From IMG/VR virus record IMGVR_UViG_3300037400_006466, positions 1 through 64,000 of that record: 64,000 nt of DNA; one strand, 5' to 3'. This document shows, one piece after another, positions 7,709 to 17,721 of the stretch. Position numbers and translations under genes: made by a program. This stretch comes from a virus (taxonomy: Duplodnaviria > Heunggongvirae > Uroviricota > Caudoviricetes). Position 1 is the first letter of the stretch, and every line of letters starts with the position of its first letter. The notes beneath the pieces were generated by a model. It worked only from the letters and a program-made list of their open reading frames with translations, searched no databases and was not told the DNA's origin.

Positions 7709-9690
7709 GAAAGCATACTCTCTGTATTAAGGACATTATACCATTTTCTGAGACTGGATTCCTTTTTCCTTATCTTCTGGTAAGAGGATACTGGAGTATA
7801 GAATCCCACAACCCTCATGTATTCATCATCCTTGGGCTTTCCGCAGACTGGGCAGGTGTTTGTTCCTATGAATGCATGCTTGTCCTTACAAACAGAAATC
7901 TTTGTGGTGAAAGCGAAATAGATGACCCCCTGCTGTGCCACATAATTCAACATATCCCATGCGGTATCCTTGTCAGGGAATCTTCCCTCGATGTCTATAT
8001 GAGCGATGCATCCTCCACCGCATTTCTTGTCAAAGATTGAGCCAAGTCTGCACTTCTCCTGGATTGTGCACTTCTCCATCAGAGGAATCCACTGGTTGGA
8101 ATAGATGAAATATCTGTTCTGCTCAAAAAGAAGGTTGTCAGCGGTGCAAAGGACGCCTGCTGAGTTCTCTGAAGGAGTCATTTCAATGTTGAACTTGAAA
8201 TCACAATCATAATCCTTGACGAAGTTGTCCTTGACATCATTCATGACATCAAGAATCTGTGTTCCGAACTCAATGGCCTCATCTGAATAGGACTTGTTTC
8301 CGAATTCATCTGTGTTGATAAGACCAAATAAGTCCATGACCTCATAAAGTCCGATACCACCTATTGTGCAGAACTGCTTGTCAAGCTCCACAGCACCTTC
8401 CTGATAGTTGGGGAGGAGTCCTTTCTCAATGTTCCTCTTGAGGATATATCTCATTGAATAGAGGGCCTTGCAGTTGAGGGTTGTCCTGTCCCTGAGAATC
8501 TTAAGGTATCTCTCCTTGAATTTGGCCTTAACCTTATCAGTCTGTTCATCCCTGTCCTCAAGATGGCCGTTAAAGGCCTCATATGCGATTCTCACAAGAT
8601 TCATTGTGGACACTCTGCAGGAACCTACTGAAAGGGCTGTTCCACCGATTGAGTTGATGAATGGGTCAAGCTCAGTGGTCTCACTGAGAAGTCTGCAACA
8701 ATTGGACAGAACACCTATGTTGTCACTGACAAAAAAGTTGGAATCACTCCATTTCACATTATGGTCAGAACACCATCTTGCGAAGTCCTCATCCTGGAAC
8801 TTTCCGTTCTTGTAGTAAAGGCTGTAGGTGAGAACAGGGAAAGTGAACATATTCTCAGTCCTTATCTCACTCACCACTTCCATGAATACTTTCTGAACAT
8901 TTATGAGCTCTTCAATCTGGTCAATGGCAAATGACCCGTCAGGGAACTCCAGTCCTCCGAAAAGACTTTCAAGATACTTTCTGTCAAAGATGCTGACATT
9001 GGTGAATGATGTCTGGTCAATCCTCATGAAAGGCTGATTGAGTCTGTAGATGAACTTCTGGAAGTTCTGTCTCAGATATGTGTCAGGGTCCTTGAGATAG
9101 TATCCGTTCTCCACATCCTTTTTCCAGAAGTAATAAGCCCAAATCAGAACATTGGGAAGTCCCACTGCACCGCTCTGTCTGTTGGCAAGGAAGCTTGTGA
9201 ACTCAATTACATCATCAAAATATGTTGTGAGATGCTTGGGTCCCTGATGGTTGTATCCCTTAAGGAAGAACAGTCCCTCCTTGGCAAGCCTTGTGAGGTC
9301 ATTGGCCCAACAGTATGCGAAGAAGCTGGCTGTTGTGGCATCATTGAGATAGAATCCCTTGCTGAACTCCTGCTCCAACCAGTCCTTGGCTGTCCTCAAC
9401 CCCCATTTCTTCTTTATCTCAAGGAATATCTTGTTGAGACCGAAAAGCTTATCCTCAGCCTTACCCTTCTCAGTCATGAAGCTTCTGATATCCTTGTGGT
9501 TGGCATTGGCATTAGGGTCAATGGTGGTGTCAGCCACAGTGTCCTTCTGAACGAACTTGCTCAGGAACTCAGAGTAATCAAGCTGATTGGGATGAACACC
9601 GTTGATATACCAGAAATCCTCACCATACTTGTTCTTGAGAAAATCAAGGTGTCTCTCAAAGTCTGTATTCAATTTCAATTCAATATTCAT
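7705..9690 (-). CDS. nrdD: Anaerobic ribonucleoside-triphosphate reductase (class III)
   Basis: NRQSGAVG, FTFPV, SNCCRL, C..H..CPVCG Zn site, RVVGFY glycyl-radical motif. Confidence 0.95.
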   Translation of the reverse strand: MNIELKLNTDFERHLDFLKNKYGEDFWYINGVHPNQLDYSEFLSKFVQKDTVADTTIDPNANANHKDIRSFMTEKGKAEDKLFGLNKIFLEIKKKWGLRTAKDWLEQEFSKGFYLNDATTASFFAYCWANDLTRLAKEGLFFLKGYNHQGPKHLTTYFDDVIEFTSFLANRQSGAVGLPNVLIWAYYFWKKDVENGYYLKDPDTYLRQNFQKFIYRLNQPFMRIDQTSFTNVSIFDRKYLESLFGGLEFPDGSFAIDQIEELINVQKVFMEVVSEIRTENMFTFPVLTYSLYYKNGKFQDEDFARWCSDHNVKWSDSNFFVSDNIGVLSNCCRLLSETTELDPFINSIGGTALSVGSCRVSTMNLVRIAYEAFNGHLEDRDEQTDKVKAKFKERYLKILRDRTTLNCKALYSMRYILKRNIEKGLLPNYQEGAVELDKQFCTIGGIGLYEVMDLFGLINTDEFGNKSYSDEAIEFGTQILDVMNDVKDNFVKDYDCDFKFNIEMTPSENSAGVLCTADNLLFEQNRYFIYSNQWIPLMEKCTIQEKCRLGSIFDKKCGGGCIAHIDIEGRFPDKDTAWDMLNYVAQQGVIYFAFTTKISVCKDKHAFIGTNTCPVCGKPKDDEYMRVVGFYTPVSSYQKIRKKESSLRKWYNVLNTESMLS

Positions 9691-9702
9691 ATATACTCCT
9701 AA

Positions 9703-9900
9703 TCACAGATTGTTAACCCATTGCACTGCTTCAGGGAAAGTCTTGACTGAACCCTCAACCTCAAGAAGAGGGGCTTCTGAGAATCCCTTCTCTGATATAG
9801 CCTGCTCACCTTCCACAAGGACATACTCCACATTCTTGGACTTGAGCTTCTTCTCCAAAACATTACACTTAGGACAACCTGTTGAATACAAAATTATCAT
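9703..9900 (-). CDS. Glutaredoxin/NrdH-like redoxin
   Basis: LYSTGCPKC, EAPLLEV; start at MIILYS after GAGGT. Confidence 0.85.
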   Translation of the reverse strand: MIILYSTGCPKCNVLEKKLKSKNVEYVLVEGEQAISEKGFSEAPLLEVEGSVKTFPEAVQWVNNL

Positions 9901-10030
9901 ATCTACCTCTAGAAAAAATAAAAAAATCAAGACCCTGTTCGGCCTTGTTCAAAGGGGGATTCCCCATAGAGAAAACTAATCAAAGAAACATATACTGGCA
10001 TGTAAAATCATTTCTCATCATATGTCTTAA

Positions 10031-10459
10031 TTAGTTCTCCTTTGAAGGTTCCTCCACCTTGAACCTAGACCTTAAAGAACCCTCTGCCACATCAGAGAAA
10101 ACCAAGGATGAGTTCTCGTCCTCATAGCTGACCTGCATCAGGCAGACAGGGAAAACCATTCTCATGTTCAGAACCCTTCTATGGGTCACAGAGTCATAAA
10201 TGCTTTTCCTGTCATAACCTACAGTATCAGGATAAAAGGAGTCACCCCTACCCATGAACTCATTGGTGAGACTGCATACTGAATCAGGATTCACTTTCTC
10301 AATCATGTAAGGAGGATTGGAATCTGGAAGTCTCCCGAGCTCATAGAGCTTGGCCTTGCACTCTCCGTCAGAGTATTCCAGAAACAGTATGTCAGGTATT
10401 TCATCTAGGTCAAGTATCTCACAGACCCTGACCATAATAGGATTCTTGAAAGGATTCAC
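10031..10459 (-). CDS. Hypothetical protein, probably leaderless from TTATATTA promoter
   Basis: GTG 5 nt after motif at 10465-10472. Confidence 0.6.
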   Translation of the reverse strand: MNPFKNPIMVRVCEILDLDEIPDILFLEYSDGECKAKLYELGRLPDSNPPYMIEKVNPDSVCSLTNEFMGRGDSFYPDTVGYDRKSIYDSVTHRRVLNMRMVFPVCLMQVSYEDENSSLVFSDVAEGSLRSRFKVEEPSKEN

Positions 10460-10478
10460 ATATTTAATATAAAAGAAA

Positions 10479-10497
10479 ACTCCCTCATTGAGGGAGT
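10479..10497 (-). terminator. Intrinsic terminator
   Basis: ACTCCCTC/GAGGGAGT stem plus T-rich tail. Confidence 0.75.
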
Positions 10498-10528
10498 ATC
10501 TTGTAAGGAAAAAAGGAGTATATTATGG

Positions 10529-10789
10529 TCACATCACTGCGATGATGTTCTCTTCCTTGAGGAATCTCCATGTGCAGTCATCCTGCTTCATGTGGATACC
10601 CTGCTTGGGCATATACATCACGGTATCACCCACTTTGACTTCCTTGACGTCGGAACCCACAAGGATAACCTCATTGGTTACAGGTCTTGAGAAATCAATT
10701 GCATCCTCTCCAAGGAAAATGCCTGTTTCAGACTTCTTCTCCGTGTTAAGGGGCTCTTTGATAAGGATATAATCTTTAAGTACTTTCAT
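10529..10789 (-). CDS. groES: Co-chaperonin GroES
   Basis: MKVLKDYILI..KKSETGIFL..VILVGSDVKEVKVGDTV..LKEENIIAVM. Confidence 0.9.
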   Translation of the reverse strand: MKVLKDYILIKEPLNTEKKSETGIFLGEDAIDFSRPVTNEVILVGSDVKEVKVGDTVMYMPKQGIHMKQDDCTWRFLKEENIIAVM

Positions 10790-10854
10790 ATGATTGAATC
10801 TCCTGTATATACACATCTAATATAAAGAGGAATCTGGATTATCAGGAAATTTTT

Positions 10855-12696
10855 TCAGAATATCCTTCTGTTGTAAAGGGGAATCATGAGATTAATGAAA
10901 GGAATACCGTCTTCTGTCCTCATGTTGGGATAGAGGACATCATTCACATAATCCATCATATGCCAGTTGGTGAATCCTTCACCTATCTCCCCCTCATGGA
11001 AGAAGGTGTCACTTCCCACAGGAGTGAATCTGTATTGGGCATAGACACCTACATAAAGCTCATAGCTGAACAGAGAACTTCCCAACCCGTATGCTTCAAC
11101 ATCAAAATGGGTGTTACCCTCACCTACAAGATAGCATCCGCAGGACTCCCTCATGTCATAGGTCTTTCCATGGTCATAGGAGTTGAGACTGAAATGGACG
11201 GAATCCTCAGTCTTGGACAACTGCTTAGTGATTGCGTTGTTTCTTGTGACATCAGGGGATATTCCTGATGCACTTCCATCAGATGTTGTCCCTATTACTC
11301 TGGCTCTCACCATATCCTTTCTTGAGGATGCAGTCACCTTAGTCACTCCAGGAGCTCTTACAGTCAGAGGACTGTCAGAGGATACCTTGATTGCATCAGA
11401 CATGAAGTTGTCCTTGGTTATCTTCACAACCCTTATCTTGCATCCTGACCACACATCTGTTCCATAATCATCACCGAACACGCACTTGATGAAGTTCCCC
11501 TTCAGATTCAGGAAATCCAATGATGTCAATGAGGAGCAGTCCTTGAAGCACTCCCTTCCTAGAGTAAAAGGCTTGGACTGGTTGAACTTGACTGATTTCA
11601 GTGAAGTACAGCCCTTGAAGGCTGAATTACCTATGAACTCGACTTTGCTTGGAATCTCTATATGGGTAAGATTGGTGCATCCCTCAAAAGCTGAGAATCT
11701 TATATCAGTCAGCCCTTCAGGAAAAATCACTTCCTCTATATCACTCTTGAAGAAAACCTTGCTGCATATTACCTCAACTGAAGATGGGATAACTGCCTTT
11801 CTGCAAACCAGTGATACTGAGACAAGCCTGTTATTATTCACCTCATAGGTGTTACCATAAGTATCTGTTATTGCTGAATCCCATATTGAATAGACCTTTA
11901 TGTCATCCCCATATCCTACGGGTATCTCCAACACAGCCTCAGGAGAGAACTCATCTGATATCCTTATGGAGAAGGAATCAGGAGCAATCAGCGTCCACTT
12001 CTTGAATCTGTGATTGGAGGAGAATGGAATTGCCCTTATGTTGACAGTAACAGGGTCATCCAAGGAGCAAGAATAATAGGCTTCATTCACTTTCCTTCCA
12101 CCTATAATGAATCTGGAACTTCCTAGCTTACTTGAGACTGATTCCAATGAATAGACCTTTCTGTTTACATCAATCTCATGTTCCTTAGATACTGATATTC
12201 CGTCATACTCATATGTGAAGATGCATTTGAACTTTCCTGTGAGTCCCTTGGGTATATCAGTCACGTTCAATGATATCCCTGCGGAACCTGGATTGAGAAC
12301 AGAATTGTCTGTGAATCTTACCTTATATATGAAATCCTCTGGAGATACAGTATCTCCTGATTCAAAAGACCTTTTAGGAATTATAGTCTCTATTTCCTTG
12401 ACTTTCTTCTGAATATTTATGGACTTGGAAAGTCTGATATCTGGCCTGTCACTCAAATAGAAGACTATGGGCTGCATCCCCTCTGAATATCCCCAGAGAG
12501 TGCCTCCATTCACAGTGTATCTTCCACCATCTGCTTCAAATGACTCCCAATCTGCATATTTGATTGAGCTCCCGTCTGAAAGCTTAACATAGAATTTGAG
12601 ATTAATGAAATCGGGTTTTTCACCAGTGGTCTGTCTTACCCAAGTACCTCTCATTGAAAGGGATACCTTGGTCACTTCAATTACTTCTTCTTCCAT
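10855..12696 (-). CDS. Tail/receptor-binding protein with Ig-like domains and BspA-type leucine-rich repeats
   Basis: IPSSVEVI..AFEGCTNLTHIEIPSKVEFIGNSAFKGCTSLKSV repeats; last gene of tail operon. Confidence 0.75.
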   Translation of the reverse strand: MEEEVIEVTKVSLSMRGTWVRQTTGEKPDFINLKFYVKLSDGSSIKYADWESFEADGGRYTVNGGTLWGYSEGMQPIVFYLSDRPDIRLSKSINIQKKVKEIETIIPKRSFESGDTVSPEDFIYKVRFTDNSVLNPGSAGISLNVTDIPKGLTGKFKCIFTYEYDGISVSKEHEIDVNRKVYSLESVSSKLGSSRFIIGGRKVNEAYYSCSLDDPVTVNIRAIPFSSNHRFKKWTLIAPDSFSIRISDEFSPEAVLEIPVGYGDDIKVYSIWDSAITDTYGNTYEVNNNRLVSVSLVCRKAVIPSSVEVICSKVFFKSDIEEVIFPEGLTDIRFSAFEGCTNLTHIEIPSKVEFIGNSAFKGCTSLKSVKFNQSKPFTLGRECFKDCSSLTSLDFLNLKGNFIKCVFGDDYGTDVWSGCKIRVVKITKDNFMSDAIKVSSDSPLTVRAPGVTKVTASSRKDMVRARVIGTTSDGSASGISPDVTRNNAITKQLSKTEDSVHFSLNSYDHGKTYDMRESCGCYLVGEGNTHFDVEAYGLGSSLFSYELYVGVYAQYRFTPVGSDTFFHEGEIGEGFTNWHMMDYVNDVLYPNMRTEDGIPFINLMIPLYNRRIF

Positions 12697-13203
12697 TTAA
12701 GATTGTATATATCTCCAAGTCGTTATTTTGTCAGCATACTTATCAATATCTGATATAGATATTTCATCCATTATAGGGGTACCAGTTACAGGGTCTATAG
12801 ACATATTCATAGCCTTTAAGTCATTACTTAGGCCAGTATTGCTATCTATATTTTCTGTGATATAAAACTTAGATACAGAATTTATAATTGTTATTTTATC
12901 TACATCGTTAGGAGTGGAAGTATTATCCCATGTAAACTGAAACTCTACTTCATTTAAAGGTACAGGAGTATCCTCTGGCTGAGATGGAGTCGTTTGAGGT
13001 CTTGTTTCCAATATTGCAGAATCTATAAGGTCACCTGTTTCTCCACTTTTACTCCTGAAATGCCTTCCTTTTACAAGACCCTGATTTTCATCTATAACAG
13101 CAGCCACTCTACCGTTTTCAGCAGGTTTTATACCCCTGACAAGAAGGTCTCCTTCTACATATAAATTACCATCAACTACAGAGTTCCCTCTTAAATATGC
13201 CAT
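12697..13203 (-). CDS. Tail fibre-associated protein
   Basis: VDGNLYVEGDL beta-helix-like repeat; tail operon. Confidence 0.55.
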   Translation of the reverse strand: MAYLRGNSVVDGNLYVEGDLLVRGIKPAENGRVAAVIDENQGLVKGRHFRSKSGETGDLIDSAILETRPQTTPSQPEDTPVPLNEVEFQFTWDNTSTPNDVDKITIINSVSKFYITENIDSNTGLSNDLKAMNMSIDPVTGTPIMDEISISDIDKYADKITTWRYIQS

Positions 13204-13218
13204 CTTAAATCTCCTTTA

Positions 13219-14775
13219 TTAAAGAATCTCCTTGAACAGAGAACCCCTTATATAACCATATTTATCATTTTCAGTTTCCTTGAAGGAAATTGACATTACA
13301 GTATTATCAATGCATCTGCTCTCATTGTCTGTAAGAGGCCTATTGAAAACCATAAGATCTCTATAAATCCCAGGTGTGGGTATAAAAGTATCTTCACTCA
13401 TATGACCACCTAAGAGAATACTGATATCAGCATCTCCCCCTACAATAATCCTATCAGAAGAGTATGTTTCAGGATTAGTAATCTTAGTTACAGACCCATT
13501 TATGTTTCTTATATAGTACTTATATGAGGATCCATCATATAAAACTGTAACAGTCTCATAATCTCCACTATATGATTTATAGCTTGTCGGATATTTAACC
13601 TTACACCCACCTACAAAATCTTCAAATAGATTAAAAGCATTATTATCATCATTATATCTTCCAAAAGGAAAACATCTGGTATACTTGATTGTCCATCCCT
13701 CAGAAGAAAGACTAGGTTTGAAAGCCAAAGGTCTTGATTTACCATCAGTTCTGTAATCTATTTCCACAGGAACCTTACCCTCTGAAAGACAAATGCCACA
13801 AATATCTACGAAAGTACCTGGATTAATTGAACTACTTAATAATCTAATTTTAAATCCATTATATTTTGGATTGGGATTGGATCCTGGATTGGATACCACT
13901 ATTGATACCCTGCAATAATGAGTGGGAATTTTAAATTTCTTAATTGACTTGCCGTTCAAGGTATCATCTTCCAGAAGACCTTCTGATACATATACTTCTC
14001 CGTCTGTGCTCTTCCCCATATAATCGCAGAAATACAAATAATTATCACCTACTGATTTTATATAAAATGAGAAACAATAAGTACCTGAAAGATTAATGGC
14101 TGGAATCGTTTCATCTGAAAATAATCTTTCATAAAAAAATTTACGTGTCAATCTGACTCTATCAAAATCATTGAAAACAGAATAAAGATTTTCTATAGGA
14201 GTATCCTTCTCCACCACAAAACTTCCATTAAAGGGATCACTTAAAAGATTACCGTTCCTATTTGAGCTTCCTACAGAAAATGACCCTTCCCAATTCGACC
14301 CTACTGCTGTTCCAAAATATTCATTATAAGATAGATAATCCAAATTACTATTTACAGGTGACCCTACATTGGAATTAGATAAAAAATCTCTTAAATTGTA
14401 ATTTCTAAGATTACCCCCTAAAGGATATATGATTGCATCAGAAATCAAATCTGAATAATTCTCTTCTGTCAATAAAGAAGAAGGAGACAGAGGAATAGGT
14501 ATTTTCTCAGAAATATCCATATTTATGGTTTTGCCTGATGATACTACAGATTCCTCATTATGGAAATAATCATAGACAGCACCAGTGTATACATATTTTC
14601 CGCTAGGGTTCTTCTCAACTGCTTCTCTCTTTATACCGCGTTCTCCAGTTTGATCATCTATGATACCCCTTGATACTTTGAGTTCTATATTAGAACTCTC
14701 AGAATCAGAGGTCTTGAACTTTGAGGCAAAATTGAATTGATGTCTGTCTGCTTCCCAAAAGGTTTTCTCTGCCAT
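13219..14775 (-). CDS. Tail protein with carbohydrate-binding/LamG-like regions
   Basis: GTYCFSFYIK; GIYRDLMVFNRPLT. Confidence 0.55.
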   Translation of the reverse strand: MAEKTFWEADRHQFNFASKFKTSDSESSNIELKVSRGIIDDQTGERGIKREAVEKNPSGKYVYTGAVYDYFHNEESVVSSGKTINMDISEKIPIPLSPSSLLTEENYSDLISDAIIYPLGGNLRNYNLRDFLSNSNVGSPVNSNLDYLSYNEYFGTAVGSNWEGSFSVGSSNRNGNLLSDPFNGSFVVEKDTPIENLYSVFNDFDRVRLTRKFFYERLFSDETIPAINLSGTYCFSFYIKSVGDNYLYFCDYMGKSTDGEVYVSEGLLEDDTLNGKSIKKFKIPTHYCRVSIVVSNPGSNPNPKYNGFKIRLLSSSINPGTFVDICGICLSEGKVPVEIDYRTDGKSRPLAFKPSLSSEGWTIKYTRCFPFGRYNDDNNAFNLFEDFVGGCKVKYPTSYKSYSGDYETVTVLYDGSSYKYYIRNINGSVTKITNPETYSSDRIIVGGDADISILLGGHMSEDTFIPTPGIYRDLMVFNRPLTDNESRCIDNTVMSISFKETENDKYGYIRGSLFKEIL

Positions 14776-14789
14776 GATTATGAGTTTCC

Positions 14790-15158
14790 TTAAGAGTTTG
14801 ATGTATTCTTCATAAATACTAGAGACCCAGAAGTATCATCCCAGAATATCCTGACTCCAGCAACAGTCAAATCATGTGTTGTATCAGTATTTGATGTTCC
14901 TATAACAACATTGTCTTTCAATAAGGATGTTCCACTTACTGTGAGAGTCTTGGGAGCAGGATTGTTATTAGCATCAGTACCCTGTATCAGAACATTCCCT
15001 TTGATATGGGTTTCTGAGTTAACTATAACGTCATTATTGGAACCTGCAGCCAGAGTGAGGTCATCATCAGATGATACTTTTCTGACATTCTTTATTTCAT
15101 TTCCTAATAAATCCAAATCCTGGAATACATAATGGTCATGATTTCTATTGTCTTCCAT
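14790..15158 (-). CDS. Short tail fibre-like protein
   Basis: LDLLGNEIKNV and LTVSG/LTVAG repeats. Confidence 0.55.
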   Translation of the reverse strand: MEDNRNHDHYVFQDLDLLGNEIKNVRKVSSDDDLTLAAGSNNDVIVNSETHIKGNVLIQGTDANNNPAPKTLTVSGTSLLKDNVVIGTSNTDTTHDLTVAGVRIFWDDTSGSLVFMKNTSNS

Positions 15159-15169
15159 ATACTACATCC

Positions 15170-16222
15170 TTACTCATACTGTCTTACAAATCCATATACT
15201 ACTTTTCCTGATACATTTAATCTTCTTGTAGTAATATCCCTACTTTTATATTCTATAACAGTTTTCTTCTCTGTCGATGCAGGTTCTCCTTCAGAAAGAC
15301 CATAATAGTTTTCTACTCCTACAAAAGCCTTATGTTCAGTATCATTACTTGTTCCTTCTATAACAACAGCATCACAGAAACATCTTGTTCTAAAATTATA
15401 GTAATTATTATTACTTTGGTCTGTTATATTAGGAAATAACCCATGCCTTATTTCAAGGCACTGCTGAGTGCCACTTGCATCTCCGTTTATCTCATCTGAA
15501 GGAACACCTGAAGATGATGAAGATTCCTTATATTTAGAATAGTAAGGCCAATGCCACTCAAGAGAAGACTCAAACTTGGAGATATTCACATTTATTGTGA
15601 CTTCATTATTTGTTGTATCTACATTCACTACTGTTCCAACCACAGGAAGATTAGAATACCCTACATTAAGAGAATTATCATTACATGATGTACCTGTACC
15701 CCATCTCATTCCAGAGGGGGTAGAAAGAGTCAATTTTCCTCTATTATCAAAATTATCAACTGCCCCTTCTACATTTTTAAAGCCAGGATCTATATAAGGA
15801 TAAGTAACAGTATCATTAACTATCTTTCTATTCGTTCTTCCAATAAACCAATAAACTGGAGCACCTATCATATTATTCCAAGTAACTGGAACATCAGTAT
15901 GTTCAAATATCGCACTATTCTGAGCAAGAGTAATATTACCATTCTTCAGAATAGAAGTTTCTTCAGTTTCACCAGGATCAATATCAATAGGACAGATACC
16001 TACAATTCTGTCAATATCCTTGGGAAACTGTGCCAACTTAAAGGTATCAGAGCCATCTACAGCTACCAGTGAACCCTTAGGAATTCCTGTTGTTCCACCT
16101 GACACACTATAAACTTTTTCAGGAACAAGCTGATAGGTCTCACCTTCGGTATGGTACTTCAATCCATGAGGTTCTTTTCTATCTATCCAAAGCTGTCCTT
16201 CAATTCTATTCTTTTCAGCCAT
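15170..16222 (-). CDS. Virion structural protein
   Basis: Tail operon position; beta-rich. Confidence 0.55.
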   Translation of the reverse strand: MAEKNRIEGQLWIDRKEPHGLKYHTEGETYQLVPEKVYSVSGGTTGIPKGSLVAVDGSDTFKLAQFPKDIDRIVGICPIDIDPGETEETSILKNGNITLAQNSAIFEHTDVPVTWNNMIGAPVYWFIGRTNRKIVNDTVTYPYIDPGFKNVEGAVDNFDNRGKLTLSTPSGMRWGTGTSCNDNSLNVGYSNLPVVGTVVNVDTTNNEVTINVNISKFESSLEWHWPYYSKYKESSSSSGVPSDEINGDASGTQQCLEIRHGLFPNITDQSNNNYYNFRTRCFCDAVVIEGTSNDTEHKAFVGVENYYGLSEGEPASTEKKTVIEYKSRDITTRRLNVSGKVVYGFVRQYE

Positions 16223-16225
16223 ATA

Positions 16226-17641
16226 TCACTCCATTACGGGAATCACATTGAATATGTTGTGTTCCCTGATATTAAGAACATTCACTCTAGGTAATCTTGA
16301 TTGCAATCCGAAATAACTGAAGCTAAGCTCAGGAATAACCTTACCATGTTTATCCACAGAGACTACCCCTACAGGAACCACATCCGTGATATTTGAAGGA
16401 TTTCCGTTCTTTCTGATATTATCAATCACATAACTCCATATGTCTTTTCCTTTAATGATTGAATTGTTGAGAAGCCCCTCAACATTAAGGACACTTATAT
16501 CCAGAGGAACTGAATTGCTATCCTTAATCCAAGAATCCTCCTCATTTATGGAAAGATGAGAATTACTTAATTTCAATTTATCAAAAATGATTGAGGAATC
16601 CTTTATAGAGGGAATATTTCCTTGAACAGTTCCAAATGATCTTATATTTGACACCAATCCATAGACTGCATATGATCCACTATCTCCCTGCTCAAATGAA
16701 ATAGGAACAGTCATGGAATCGGGTCTCCTACTTCCAAAATAGGCAGCCTCCCAGTTAAAGTTGCCATTAAGAGGAGAAGGGTTCTTAGGATTCTCAGGAT
16801 ACATTCTCTGTTCTATCAGAGTTGTTCCTATGAGAGTCTTAGGAATATCAAAATAAAGGCCTTTCATGTTTCCTGATACATCTGGTATCATATCAGGAGC
16901 CATTATACTTGAATCCATGGATTGGGTATACCTGTATTCTGGCAATCCTCTCCCTGTGAACATGGTGACAGTATTATTCTCACCCAATCTGACAAATCCT
17001 AAGTTCAAATAATAGCTTAACGGCCATTCTGCACTTGCATCACTGGTTCTAGCTCCATCAAATATGGCATGACTTCCATTGTCAAGGGGACTTGCTCCGG
17101 CTTCTGAATTGGAAGGATATCTTTGACTTTGATTACCATAGAGATAATTGCTTCTAGGTTCCTCGCTTTCAGATTCCTCTTTAACCAGTATGAAAGTAGG
17201 AGAGGATGTATCAAGATTATTGGCGTCCAAGGGATTGTATCTTATATAGGCATGTATGGAATATAATCCTGGGTCATATCCGTTACCCAAACCTACTGAG
17301 ATATCACTCAAAGTGACACTTTTTATTATGCAGGAGTTCTCATTATCTGATATTTCTCCTACTTTTGAACTGAAATCACAGAAATTCCTTCTGTATCCCA
17401 GGGATTCATCGTATACATAATCATTGGAGAATACAAAGGTAGTGCCTTCCTTTATGAAAAGGCATAAGCTACCCCCTGTTCCCATTCCAGATCCTACAGT
17501 AGGAATTCCGTATCCCAATGCCATATTGGCATTATATATGCCAGGTCTTATGACAGACCTGAGCAAACTGTTCATATAATAAGAAGTAAGGTCTTGCTTG
17601 AATATGAAGCTGGTTGACCAACCCTTGGTTATTGACGCCAT
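16226..17641 (-). CDS. Baseplate/tail structural protein
   Basis: MNSLLRSVIRPGIYN motif; late promoter at 17660-17666. Confidence 0.55.
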   Translation of the reverse strand: MASITKGWSTSFIFKQDLTSYYMNSLLRSVIRPGIYNANMALGYGIPTVGSGMGTGGSLCLFIKEGTTFVFSNDYVYDESLGYRRNFCDFSSKVGEISDNENSCIIKSVTLSDISVGLGNGYDPGLYSIHAYIRYNPLDANNLDTSSPTFILVKEESESEEPRSNYLYGNQSQRYPSNSEAGASPLDNGSHAIFDGARTSDASAEWPLSYYLNLGFVRLGENNTVTMFTGRGLPEYRYTQSMDSSIMAPDMIPDVSGNMKGLYFDIPKTLIGTTLIEQRMYPENPKNPSPLNGNFNWEAAYFGSRRPDSMTVPISFEQGDSGSYAVYGLVSNIRSFGTVQGNIPSIKDSSIIFDKLKLSNSHLSINEEDSWIKDSNSVPLDISVLNVEGLLNNSIIKGKDIWSYVIDNIRKNGNPSNITDVVPVGVVSVDKHGKVIPELSFSYFGLQSRLPRVNVLNIREHNIFNVIPVME

Positions 17642-17721
17642 TTATTAACCTCTTTCCTTAATTAGTATTAAGGAGAATCTGTCCCCTCATTTCCATCATT
17701 TCCAGAAGTGTCATCTGGTAC

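Noticed and set aside
9930-10030. NrdR boxes or riboswitch upstream of the nrd operon
   Set aside because: No convincing tandem NrdR consensus or aptamer recognised
10855-12696. DGR target
   Set aside because: No reverse transcriptase or template/variable repeat pair seen in the window
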